From the NCBI GenBank assembly GCA_965235115.1, contig OZ249451.1, forward strand, positions 17,174,001-17,238,000: a DNA stretch of 64,000 nt. The letters are read 5' to 3'. Below are positions 1 through 13,400 of the stretch, one piece after another (positions within the stretch are counted from its first letter, which is position 1; every line of letters begins with the position of its first letter). The notes beneath the pieces are model-generated. The model saw only the letters and a program-made list of their open reading frames with translations. It did no database searches and had not been told where the DNA came from. A program made the translations under genes and the position numbers. Source of the stretch: Laetmonice hystrix (taxonomy: Eukaryota).

Positions 1-1204
1 CCACCTAGTGGTTGATGGCTGTACTTGCTCCGTTAGCAACCGTTTCCGTTCAAAGCAAACAGAACAGTGACTCAAGTTTGACTATCGGAAGATTGGTTAA
101 AGAACAGATTTACCTTCAACGAATCGAAATTAAATAGAGAGCGCGCTAATAATTACCCAATGGTACGTAGGTCAATAGAAAGTAGACTATACTTTCTGTG
201 GCCATACTTAATTGTAGTGACAATCAAGGCGAGCAAGTGATAATTCAAGTGACTGCCAATATAGGGGGACCCCAGTGACACCATGTTAAAATTTCAGGTT
301 CTAGCTATAAGCTAAAGTATTTTTAAAATAGAATGGAAAAATATCTTTGTATTGTCCTCCTTATGAGGTCGCAAATGGAATGGACCTTATGAGGCCCTGC
401 TTGACCAATAAAGCTTCCTTTTTATGAAACTGGCGGTGGCTGTGTTCTCCCTCATATTCATAGATGTCGATCTACTACATAATTTTCTTTGCTGTAAGAA
501 TGGGAATTACAAACCTGTTGTGACAGATAAGTCCGGTGCGTCCGTCTGGTAGGTAGGCTTACTGTGTTACCGTCCGTCTGTGCAGGGTTGATTCCGCTGT
601 GATACTAATTGGCCACACGGCCAGTTTGTTTACATCTTTTTTTCTCTCTCTCTCTCGCGTGATTAGCGCGAGAATCCTGTCATCATAGCACCCCTTTTTA
701 CGCTGCGAGATTTTGAGGGATGCCACGATGTCAGATTTCACCGGAATTATCATCGATTTCACTAGTTTTGTTTGGGTTTATTCACCATAATGGAACATGA
801 CAGCGCAGACAGGGCATAGCACTTACACTACAATGCATGGTAAGCGCATAGCTCCCCATAATGCGTCATGTCAGTGCGGTAAGCGGAAATTTGACACTTT
901 TCTGTGATTTCAGAACTGACACATTTCTTTTAATATGGCCAGACGTATCCAGCCCACAAAAAGCACTGAACTATATAAACACTTCGATCATCTCCAACAA
1001 TAGTTTCAACGAGTTTCTAGTCTAGGTCTACTTCAGTAACATAAAACATTTTTGTCTTTCAACACAACTTTCCTGGGATGTTGCCTTTCAAAACATCAGC
1101 TGGTTTGTTATCGGCACATAGAGTATTGTACATGTATTAGTTCACGTCATGTATTAGTTCACGTTCCTTGACATCATACCACAATTATTCCCATACAGAG
1201 GTCT

Positions 1205-1443
1205 TCAACAGTTGAGATACCACCGTCTTTCCCAATCAGTGAGGTGTTTAGCATAACTGCTCCACTCTTTCTTCTTCAGCATCACAAACGCATTTATCAC
1301 ATCCGACCCTAGGCTGGTCTTCATGTAGTCGCTCGAGTCGAGCAATCGTAACGAGTCGGAGAGGTTCTCAGGCATTCGATCGAATGCTTCCGGGTCAACT
1401 GCTGAGAGGAGGTTGACCTGTTGGTCTTGACATGGCCCGGGAC
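1205..1443 (-). CDS. GmaS-like gene exon 8 (terminal)
   Basis: PGPCQ...MPENLSDSLRLL...KKKEWSSYAKHLTDWERRWYLNC-stop, a typical GSI-family C-terminus. Confidence 0.85.
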
Positions 1444-4400
1444 CTGGGGGAAATTAAAGGGAAGGTATTAATGATTTATTCTGCCTCATACCAAGCCTTA
1501 CGCATAGTGAAAGGTTATTCATTACGTTAACATCCCTATCCATCTGAATGTTTATATTAGATTATTCAAAATATATCTCTATGTATGATATAGATGTGTG
1601 GTCAAAATCAAACTGAAACAATGAAAACCAAATGTAATGAGTTGATCTACCAAATGTTTGAGGTACGTGCGTAGTGAAATTGTGCATTTTTTCCACACTG
1701 ACTGTTAGTATAGATCGACGTTTAAAGATTTATAATTATGAAGAGTGTTACTCGTTTTGTTTTCGATTCCGTCCAGTCCGGCAGCAAGGATGGCGGCCTG
1801 AGTCAGGTATGGGTTTGATGATCCGTCAGCGAGTCGGTGCTCCACCCTGTCCAAGTTAATCCAATGATTCATCAGATGGCATTTAACGTGTGGAGAGAAT
1901 GATCATGCTACATTAGAGTTTCTTATGACATGATTGTGTGTGTGTGTGGAGTAGTGTGAAGACGACCTTATATTTCTATTTGCCCAAATGACGTACTTAC
2001 TTACTGGCATAATCACTCGTTTGGAATACAAGCTAGAGGGATTACCTGTTCTATTTGCCCAAAATGGCTTACTTACTTACTCACTGGCATAATCACTCGT
2101 TCGGAATACAAGCTAGAGAGATTACCTGTTCTATTTGCCCAAATGGATTACTTACTTACTCATTGGCATAATCGCTCGTTTGGAATACAAGCTAGAGGGA
2201 TTACCTGTTCTATTTGCCCAAATGGCTTACTCACTTACTTACTGGCATAACCACTCTTGTGAAATACAAGGTCAAGAGATTACCTGTTCGTGTCGGATAC
2301 GCGGATAAGTACTGTCCGATTGTTACCACCCCAGGTTACTGTGTTTGGGCACCAAGATCCAGAGTTCAACCTGAAAATAATATCCTTATCCTCATGAACA
2401 AATTATTCGAACAAGGATATTAGGATGCAGTGTTCTAAAAAGGTGCAGAGCTTACATTCGTTTTCAATATTTAGTAGGTAAATACGACTAAGGTAACTGG
2501 TCTAGACCAGAAATAGTAGGTTTGCATAATATTCTTGATAACAGGAACATTCTAGGTGATACAATCACCAGGGGCTAGTTGCATGACTGTCCGTTCGTTA
2601 AAATTCTCATTGAAAATACAGGAACATTCTAGGTAATACAATTACCAGGGGCCAGTTGCATGACTCTCCGTTCGTTAATTTCCCTATGTATTTTCAATGA
2701 GAATTTTAACGAACTGACAGTCATGCAACTGGCAGACAACTTACCGTTTGTAACTATTGACGGTCGGGCAGAACAATGCGCATGATTGCCGCGCATGACG
2801 TAGGAGGCCGCCAATGAAATGTCGACAGGTGGTCGAGATGCCGAGTTCTGGGTCGGCGGGTTCCGGGAACAGGTTTCTGTTAGTGTTGGGGTCCCATAAC
2901 GACACGTTGATGTGGAGACCATTGGCTGATGGGAAACGGAAATGGGCGAATACAACCCCAAAACGACGTACAAATACACAAAAAGAGAATTTACAAAACT
3001 GCCCTCTAGTTTCAGGGCTGGTCATGAACTGGACAACTCAAGTTTCAGCAAGGTTCTGACCTTGCATGTGCTGCACGCATTCTCAGCCAAACAGTGATAT
3101 CTTGCATGTGCTGCACGCATTCTCAGCCAATCAGTGATACCTTGCATGTACTGCACGCATTCTCAGCCAATCAGAGATACCTTGCATGTTCTGCACGCAT
3201 TTTCAGCGAATCAGTGATCTATCAATGTGTACGTGTACATTAGCATCATATTTAGACCTAGGTTTTTAGACGTGTCTATCGAAATTTCTAAACATAGGCC
3301 TACATAATGTTAAAAATGCGTCACTGTCATTTTAACTTCATTTCAACAATATGTTGTCTTTCACCAAAAACAACTGATGTATTTTTCGTCCCACTAAATT
3401 TACATTGGGAATTTGTACACGTGAATTCCCGCACTCTCCCAACCCTAAGCAATTCGAGTAAAATGACATGTTTACTTTTTCACAACCAGTTTTGGTTGTA
3501 GTTACCACGGCACCCATGAAGCAGATTAACATCGAGTCTCACCACATATGAGGTTGTCGAGCGGTACAGGCATGAACGTGGCTGTGTGCCCTTCCTGCTC
3601 GGACAGTTGTTTGATCATAAACTTTAGGAAGGCGAACCGATCAGCAGTACGTAGACAGTCGGTGTAGTCGAAGTTCACTTCGTACTGACAGCACGCCGCC
3701 TCGTGGTCAAGCTGTGTGAAGAGAGAACTGTGTACTCTAAAGAAGATCTGCCCCCAAGAAATGTTACAGTCTATCCGGGAAAGATATGCGTTAGTATACG
3801 CTATAGTTATAGGGTTTAATTCACTGTGTGCAGAAAGATGATGCGTTAGTAGGCTAGTTATGGGGGTTAGTTTACTGTGTTACAGAAAGATCATGCGTTA
3901 GTAGGCTAGTTATGGGGGTTAATTTAGGGCCTACTGTGTTACAGAAAGATATGCGTTAGTATACGCTATAGTTATAGGGTTTAATTCACTGTGTTACAGA
4001 AAGATCATGCGTTAGTCGGCTAGTTATGGGGGTTAGTTTACTGTGTTACAGAAAGATCATGCGTTAGTAGGCTAGTTATGGGGGTTAATTTAGGGCCTAC
4101 TGTGTTACAGAAAGATCTTGCGTTAGTAGGCTAGTTATGGGGGTTAATTTAATGTGTTACAGAAAGATCATACGTTAGTAGGCTAGTTATGGGGGTTAAT
4201 TTACTGTGTTACAGAAAGATCATGCGTTAGTAGGCTAGTTATGGGGTTTAATTCACTGTGTTACAGAAAGATCATGGGTTAGTAGGCTAGTTATAGGGTT
4301 TAATTCACTGTGTTACAGAAAGATCATGGGTTAGTAGGCTAGTTATAGGGTTTAATTCACTGTGTTACAGAAAGATCATGGGTTAGTAGGCTAGTTATAG

Positions 4401-7400
4401 GGTTTAATTCACTGTGTTACAGAAAGATCATGTGTTCGTAGGCTAGTTATGGGGGTTAATTTACTGTGTTACAGAAAGATCATGCGTTAGTAGGCTAGTT
4501 ATGGGGGTTAATTTAATGTGTTATAGAAAGATCATGCGTTAGTAGGCTAGTTATGGGGGTTAATTTACTGTGTTACAGAAAGATCATGCGTTAGTAGGCT
4601 AGTTATGGGGGTTAATTTAATGTGTTATAGAAAGATCATGCGTTAGTAGGCTAGTTATGGGGGTTAATTTACTGTGTTACAGAAAGATCATGCGTTAGTA
4701 GGCTAGTTATGGGGGTTAATTTACTGTATTATAGAAAGATCATGCGTTAGTAGGCTAGGGGTTAATTTACTGTGATACAGAACAGATCATTTTTAGTAAC
4801 TTAGGGCTACAATTTTACCCAGGGTTGGGCTCTGGTTGAGCACGATGACTATCATTTGGCATTCACGAATTCGTAGACCTAGGTAATACCATGAACGAGC
4901 TATCATAGGTCAACATGCCAGGAATATTGTTTAAGTACTGAGCCAGACCTCATAGGGCCCCCAGCCAAGGCTTTCCATGGCTTGATGAAGCGCCTTTAGT
5001 AAGGGCAGCTGACGGTAGGTGGCCATCGGGTCCTGCAGGCTCATTGGTTGTCTGTCATCCCGCCAGTCCGCCACCGCGGAGCCCGACTTATTCAGAAGGG
5101 TAAACTCCGCTGAAAAAGTCATAATTAAAGGTCAAACGTTCAAGGAAAGCTACTGTAGGCCTAACACCTGTTACAACCGATAATGTCAGAACTCTCGTCT
5201 AATGTAACTACTGCAAATTGTTACATTATCGACATCCTACATAAATGATAATGTTGCGATTTACAGGTAATCTTACAACCTTTTCTACCGGTTAATGGGA
5301 CAAGACTTTTTTTTACTGATAATGATAATGGCATTAGTAAAACTTTTTTTTTATTTACTATTAGCCAGTATGAAAGGACTCGGAAATTACCGGCTTTCCG
5401 TCTCTTCTGCTTTGAAGTTTGAGTTCCTTTCAATAAAGATGGATTACTTGGTGGCGAAGGTGTTAGTAAAGGTTAGTGAAAAGTTGTGCGTGTGACTAGG
5501 GGTTTAGGGGTGCCTACCGTCTATACCGACAGATACTTACGTTCAACACCTGACTTCATGACGATACCCATGTTTTTGGCTCTCTGACACTGCCGGATGA
5601 GCGCTCGACGGGGACATTGCTTGAAGGGTTCACCTGCCATGTAGATATTGCTGTCAAAGTAGAATAAAATGTGTTTGAACTTCAAGAGAAGCCCTTTCTC
5701 AGGTTCCTCTTTATCTTCATTACAAAGAAATAATACATGAATCATAAACATAAGGGGAAAGTAGTGAATTGCTCATGAGTATTCATGCAGTGGATCATAT
5801 CAATAGGCGGGGATCATGACCACAGGCGGGGATCATGACAGCAGACGGGCATCATGACCGCAGGCGGGGATCATGACCGCAGGCGGGCATCATGACAACG
5901 CGCGGGGATCATGACCGCAGGCGGGCATCATGATTTATAGTGGTCATAGGACAGAGTGTCTCCAAGATTTAAAAAAAATGCAAAAAGTGAAAGTTATCTA
6001 TAGGGTCTGTCTGCATGCTGTTCCACTGTAACCACCCGGGAAGCTGCCAATCAGCGGAATCCTTGGGGTATTCATTCACTGTTACAGCCGGGGAATGTGA
6101 CGACGTAAGGACATGTAACAGCCCTGAGGGTTCCCCAGTGCAGACCCCCTCCCATGCTTGTATAGCTACATGTCTTTTCTTAGCACCGGGGACACTCATC
6201 ACCAGTGCATAGTGTCTCCTCTACATGGGGAACTCACCCCCAAGGGCGACGCCTATCCCTAGGGGTCCTTGTGACACCGGCCCTACACGGTAGCATTTTG
6301 CTGAAATATCGTACCGATATCGTAGATTTTCGCTTTTTTTTTTTGGGGGGGGGGGGGGGGGGTTGAGAGTAAAGGAATAAAGGCAGGTTGCATAGGCCTA
6401 GAGAAGTCGAATATTTAAGAGTTCGGCTATAGAATCTAGAGTAGATATCTTGTTTGTGATTAGGCGCGGGGAGGATCGACCACTTCATCACCATATGGGG
6501 GGGGGGGGGGGGGGGTGATGGCCTGGATGCGCAGGCTGTGCAGGTAACGAATGGTGGCCGGATGAAGCCTCTAGGCCGGGGCCATAGGTCACCGGGATGC
6601 CGGTACACGGCTCCCAGGCCGATCGATGGAACGCCGCCCGCGAGTGTCAGAGCAATGGCTGCCAGCGGCCAGAGGACCACGTTCTAGGATTCCGCCTATA
6701 TCCAGCCGGTTTAGTAGACGCCGACCGCCGTGGCTGATTGAGAGGTGCTATTACTTCAGTAGCCCTAGGTGACCATGCAGGCCTCATTACAACAAATCCT
6801 AATACCTAGTAGCCTCCCATCCGACAAATGTTCACCCTTTGGTTCGAGCCGTAATGATTGGGAAGTACCCCGTTCCATGAGAACTGGAGCCGCGTTCTTG
6901 ATGTTTACTCTGACTGGAATTATTTATTTCAACATTAAAGCGGCATCATTAGTATCTTCGTGAATAAAACACTTAGCCTACCTGTCCCCTATAGCAACTT
7001 ATTGACATATATAGCTATGAAGACACACTGTTACTGCAATAGTGCAGTATGATGATTTTTGAATTTGCCTCCGCTCTCTGAAAGGGGCGCTGCAAATGAC
7101 GTCGAACAACATCCCATAATAGTCCTAGGTCTTCAGGTATCGCTCCACCATATTTCATCATCATATGCTTGCTTTGTAAATATGCCTCCGAGGGACGAAA
7201 GTCGATGTATGCAACAGAATCATCTACAAAGCTGAGAAAGAATGAGTTGGACAGAAGACGTGACAGTGTTCGTGGCATTGAAATAGATCGGTGGATGGCC
7301 TTGAAACCCCACGCCCCGACTAGTCCGAGCGTCACCTGAGACTGTGAGAGTCACTGAAACTCACCGTGGGAATGCCGCTGTTATACGGTTATCCAAAATT

Positions 7401-10400
7401 ACGGTTATCCAAAATGGCCAAGCGGTTCGAACGTAGAGCATTAGATTGCAACGGAGCCAGCTGAGCGTTCTCACATTAATTTTGGTTGGTCTCACTTCAA
7501 TTTATCTGAGTTTTACATGTGACACTAAGCTGATTTATATGGCAGGGTGTCGATATTACAGGTTTTAAAAACAGTGGACCTTTAAAATACGACCTCGGCT
7601 GTAACAGCACGCAGGTATTTTTTGTGAAGGCAGTATGAGATTTGTTGTTGCAGGAGTGTAATTTGTATATAATTTACTTACATCAGATAATATCTCAGGA
7701 GATCTGGAAGCCAGGTAATCCATGTAATATTGTCAGGATGTAGGCTATTGTCAATGAATTGTATACATCAGCTGGTGCTGTACTCTATATTAGTTCTCAC
7801 CTACGTCTGGCACAGTTTGAAGTGACGGAAAGGTAATCAGTAGAGGCACAGAGGGTATAGATACGACCAATTTGGTCAGGTTCCCTGGGCTTCTATGAAA
7901 TGGGTAGGGTAATGGTTGACCACCCGTTATCAGTCAGGTTGGTGGAGGGGTAGGGGTGGTATAGACATAGTGAGGACTGACGCCAACATCCATCCATAGA
8001 CAGGTGCTGTTATAGACATATAGGGAGGACTGACGCAAACATCCATCCATAGACAGGTGCTGTTATAGACATATAGGGAGGACTGACGCCAACATCCATC
8101 CATAGACAGGTTCTGTTATAGACATAGGGAGGACTGACGCCAACATCCATCCATAGACAGGTTCTGGTATAGACATAGGAAGGACTGACGCCAGCATCCA
8201 TCCATGGACTTGTTCTGGTATAGACATAGTGAGGAGTGACGCCAGCATCCATCCATGGACAGGTTCTGGTATAGACATAGGAAGGACTGACGCCAACATC
8301 CATCCATAGACAGGTGCTGTTATAGACATAGGAAGGACTGACGCTAGCATCCATCCATAGACAGGTTCTGGTATAGACATAGGAAGGACTGACGCCAGCA
8401 TCCATCCATAGACAGGTGCTGTTATAGACATAGGAAGGACTGACGCCAACATCCATCCACAGACAGGTGCTGTTATAGACATGGGAAGGACTGACGCTAG
8501 CATCCATCCATGAACAGGTGCTGTTATAGACATAGGAAGGACTGACGCCAACATCCATCCATAGACAGGTGCTGTTATAGACATGGGAAGGACTGACGCT
8601 AGCATCCATCCATGAACAGGTGCTGTTATAGACATAGGAAGGATTGACGCCAACATCCATCCATATACAGGTTCTGGTATAGACATAGTGCGGACTGACG
8701 CCAACATCCATCCATAGACAGGTTCTGTTATACACATAGGAAGGACTGACGCCAACATCCATCCATAGACAGGTTCTGTTATAGACATAGGGAGGACTGA
8801 CGCCAACATCCATCCATAGACAGGTTCTGGTATAGACATAGGAAGGACTGACGCCAGCATCCATCCATAGACAGGTTCTGGTATAGACATAGTGAGGAGT
8901 GACGCCAGCATCCATCCACAGACAGGTGCTGTTATAGACATGGGAAGGACTGACGGCAGCATCCATCCATAGACAGGTTCTGTTATAGACATAGGGAGGA
9001 CTGACGCCAACATCCATCCATAGACAGGTTCTGTTATAGACATAGGGAGGACTGACGCCAACATCCATCCATAGACAAGTTCTGTTATAGACATAGGAAG
9101 GACTGACGCCAACATCCATCCATAGACAGGTTCTGTTATAGACATAGGGAGGACTGACGCCAACATCCATCCATAGACAAGTTCTGGTATAGACACAGGA
9201 AGGACTGACGGCAGCATCCAGCCATAGGCAGGTGCTGTTATAGACATAGGGAGGACTGACGCCAACATCCAGCCATAGGCAGGTGCTGTTATAGACATGG
9301 GAAGGACTGACGCCAGCATCCATCCATAGACAGGTGCTGTTATAGACATAGGAAGGACTGACGCCAACATCCATCCATAGACAGGTTCTGGTATAGACAT
9401 AGGAAGAACTGGCGCCAACATCCATCCATAGACAGGTTCTGGTATAGACATAGGAAGGACTGGCGCCAACATCCATCCATAGACAGGTGCTGTTATAGAC
9501 ATGGGAAGGACTGACGCCAACATCCATCCATAGACAGGTTCTGGTATAGACATAGGAAGGACTGACGCCAGCATCCATCCATAGACAGGTGCTGTTATAG
9601 ACATGGGAAGGACTGACGCCAGCATCCATCCATAGACAGGAGGGACGGCAGAAGCAACTGCAGCCCTCGGCCCAAGTCCCAGGAGAGAACATAATTAGTC
9701 CGCATCCGCCTCGACGACACACGGTCCTTCACACCGCGCACCTAATTTCAATTTAATTAGACCCCAGGGACGTGTATGTCGGCCGAAGCGTCTAGGACGT
9801 AACTGTCTGTTGAAGCGTTCGGGATGTGACTGTCGGGTCTGTCGGGTGAAGCGTTCGAAACGTGACTGTCGGGTCTGTTGGGTGAAGCTTTCGAGACGTG
9901 ACTGTCGGGTGAAGCGTTGGGCACGTACCTGTCGGGTGAAGCGTTCGGGACATACCTGTTGGGTGAAGCGTTCGGGACGTGACTCAGTGGAGCAGATAAG
10001 CCGAACAATTGTGCATGTTATTTTCGACCTAGCAACCCATTCACTTCTATGTTAAATTAGCGACGTCGTTAAATAAGGACCTTTAGTAAAACCGGCCCAT
10101 ACTGGCACGCTTTGTGTGTTCCTTCAGAGCTGCATGTGTGGGAGGAATATTCTCCAGTGATCTCGACTTCTTGGAGAACAACTCCTTTCTGACTTCATTA
10201 ATTTCCAGGACGTCACTTGTCCTGTCGTCCATGAGGATTACAAACCTCTCAATTTGTGACTGTGCCTTCACAGTGAGGTTTTCCTGCATGTCAGCCAGCT
10301 CCTCAAAGGCTTCTGTTACCTCGGGGTACACGTTCCACATATCTATGATGTTGGGACCATTGAGTATCATGCTGACTAGGGCAAGAAGGGAACTTGGTAC

Positions 10401-13400
10401 AACCTCTTGTTGCCTGTTTTGGAATGACCCATTGAAGGAGTAGGCCTGGCTGAACATGGCTTTGCGAACAAACTTAGCTGCCCTTGCCAAGTGCACTGCA
10501 TCAGTGTCATGGTTACATATCTTTTTAAGGGCTGCTCCCACGTCTTCATCAAATGTTAGAAGAACATTTCTCCCTTCCGAATGTGCAGAAAGGTCAGGCA
10601 GTGCAGCCAGCAGCCTGTTTTTCAGTCTCGTTGTGTGGAGACATTCGCCAGCATTGCTAACCCCCAGCTGTTCCAGTCGCGACTGATACAGTTTGGCCAG
10701 ATCCACTTACTTAAAGACTGGTGCTATGCCTTCCTCTGAATGTGCATCTTCCAGGTACGTCACTAGTTCAGCAAAAGCAATGCCATGTAGGTGACCATCT
10801 GGCTCATCCTCCTGGCTTGGAGCCGCAGGTGAACGAATATTGAGATTTGCAAGACATTTTCGATGGTATTTTGATTCCAGAGCAATCATATGTCCAGCTG
10901 CCAGCTTAGCTAGCAGGATTGTATCTTCCAGTTCTCTGGCACATTTGCGTACCCGGAAATCAATGTCAAAAGTAGCAGCCTCATGCAGGATGGAGTTGCC
11001 AGCTGGGTGATGACAAAAGAAACAGACTGCTTCTTGATGCTTAGACTTCTGCTCCTTCCTCTGGCTTGACCGTCTTCCACCCACAGTGGGTGAGCTGGTA
11101 GATCTTTCAACGGTGGATTGCTTCCTTGCTGCCCGCTGGAGTTTTGTCTTGTTAAATCGGGCACGACATGTTTTATGCCATGCAGCATGATGGTTCATCA
11201 GTGTTTATTCAATACCACGGCCGTCATCAAGCCTGCTGAAGTCAATTGGATAGGGCATACAGTCAAATTCTCTGAACTGCTGGAAGTCTTCTGCCAATGT
11301 TTTGTACCCAACACCTTTCGTTTCTTTATTAGTACTGTTAGCTGGACACTATAGGGTTTCTCCAGTGTCTTTCTGGCAGAGTACACAGAGTCCCCAGTTA
11401 GTACTTTGGCTGCTTGGATGTGCTTGGCTCGGAAGAATCTATAAGCACGAAGCGTTTGGCCATGATGGCAAGGGAAATCTAACCAACACCAGCTAAAACG
11501 AGTTACTATTCTAAAATCAGGTGATACGAGTCCATCAGTGGATGTGTTAGTACTAGCACTGAACACTAGAGAGAGCTGTCTGCATGCAAATGGTGTCTTG
11601 TATGATCATGCATCAACACAGCAGCTAATCTGCAATATACAACACAATAATATAACATGTATAATTAAGCACAGCAGTTAAATAGAGTTAAATAGAGGAA
11701 CCACATGTTCACACTGGTCATGTCAGATTTTCTCTTGTATGTAGACAGACCAAATACAGCTTCTGAAATTGAATAGAAAATCCGATAATAACATACATGA
11801 ATTATCATCCCATCAACAGTAGCTTATCCCACAATTAATATTCTAGAACTCTTAAACCCCTGTGTGACCTTGACTTTGACTTTTCAAGGGCATTCAATGT
11901 CAAGGATATGGACACCATCTGGCATGTGGTATGACTTTATAGAGGCGTTCAATAATAAATACCGACATATCTATGAATAACGGTGCTGGAGCTGACGTGA
12001 CCTTGACCTTGATTTTTCAAGGTCACCCAAGGTCAAATTTAATACCACCATCTGAAGAGTCAATCGTGACTTTCTGTAGGTCACTGAGGGTAAAATAAAG
12101 TCTGGCTACCAGGGGAAAGTCAATAAATGCATGACAACCACACATGGTCATGACCTAGATTTTGGAGGTCGCTCAAGGTTCCACATCTGAAAATCATCTA
12201 CAGGGTCAGGAGATATTCTGTGGAAAATTTCATGCTTTTATCACAAAATGCACAATACGTCATATATATGGGCTTAACAGCTGGACTAACTGTCGGGTGA
12301 AGGGTTTGGGACACGCCTGTCGGGTCTGTCGGGTGAAGCGTTTGGGACGTGACTGTCGGGTGAAGCGTTCGGGACGTGACTGTCGGGTGAAGCGTTCGGG
12401 ACGTGACTGTCGGGTCTGTCGGGTGAAGCGTTCGAGACGTAACTGTCGTGTGAAGCGTTCGAGACGTGACTGTCGGGTGAAGCGTTCGGGATGTGCCTGT
12501 CGGGTCTGTCGGGTGAAGCGTTCGGGACGTGACTGTCGGGTGAAGCGTTCGAGACGTAACTGTCGTGTGAAGCGTTCGAGACGTAACTGTCGTGTGAAGC
12601 GTTCGAGACGTGAGTGTCGGGTGAAGCGTTCGGGACGTGACTGTCGGGTGAAGCGTTCGAGACGTGACTGTCGGGTGAAGCGTTCGAGACGTGACTGTCG
12701 GGTGAAGCGTTTATGACGTGCCTGTCAGGTCTGTCGGGTGAAGCGTTCAGGACGTGACTGTCGGGTGAAGCGTTCGGAACATGACTGTTAGGTCTGTCGG
12801 GTGAAGCATTTAGGACGTGACTGTCGGTCTGTCGGCTGAAGCGTTCAGGACGTGACTGTCAGGTCTGTCGGGTGAAGCGTTCGAGACGTGACTGTCAGGT
12901 CTGTCGGGTGAAGCGTTCAGGACGTGACTGTCGGGTGAAGCGTTCAGGACGTGACTGTTGGGTCTGTCGGCTGAAGCGTTCAGGACGTGACTGTCAGGTC
13001 TGTCGGGTGAAGCGTTCGGATGCGACATAAAAACTACCCCTGGGTATGGTAATAATCTCTGCTATTAAGATTTTCATGACACAATTGCGCATAAATTTGT
13101 AGTTTGTTTGTTGTGACGTTTCAGTGCAGATTTAAATTTGGCTTTGCTAGTATATAGCCCCTTTACTAAATGCAGGTAAACCTAACCTTTTTGGTCCAGG
13201 GATATTTGAGGACTTAGAAACCATAGAAACGATGTCAAAGTAGAAACAACGTCGCACAGAGAATGGCAGGAAGATGTATCATATAGCAAATTGATGATAT
13301 AGCACAGAATGGATGTATAATATAGCAAATGTTGGATGGCAGCTCGTCCACTATACAGTTTACGGGACTCCGAAAAGCGATTATCGCGTTTCTTCGTCCC

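Noticed and set aside
5969-7335. Several 64-148-aa ORFs in intron 1
   Set aside because: No recognisable motifs, and some run through poly-G/poly-T tracts; possibly decayed TE sequence.
8010-9722. 570-aa and 520-aa repeat proteins
   Set aside because: Translations of a 51-bp minisatellite, with no splice signals or unique domains.
12162-13028. Cys/Arg-rich CRVKRSGRD ORF resembling a protamine or metallothionein
   Set aside because: Translation of a 27-bp satellite that is also split by a transposon insertion.
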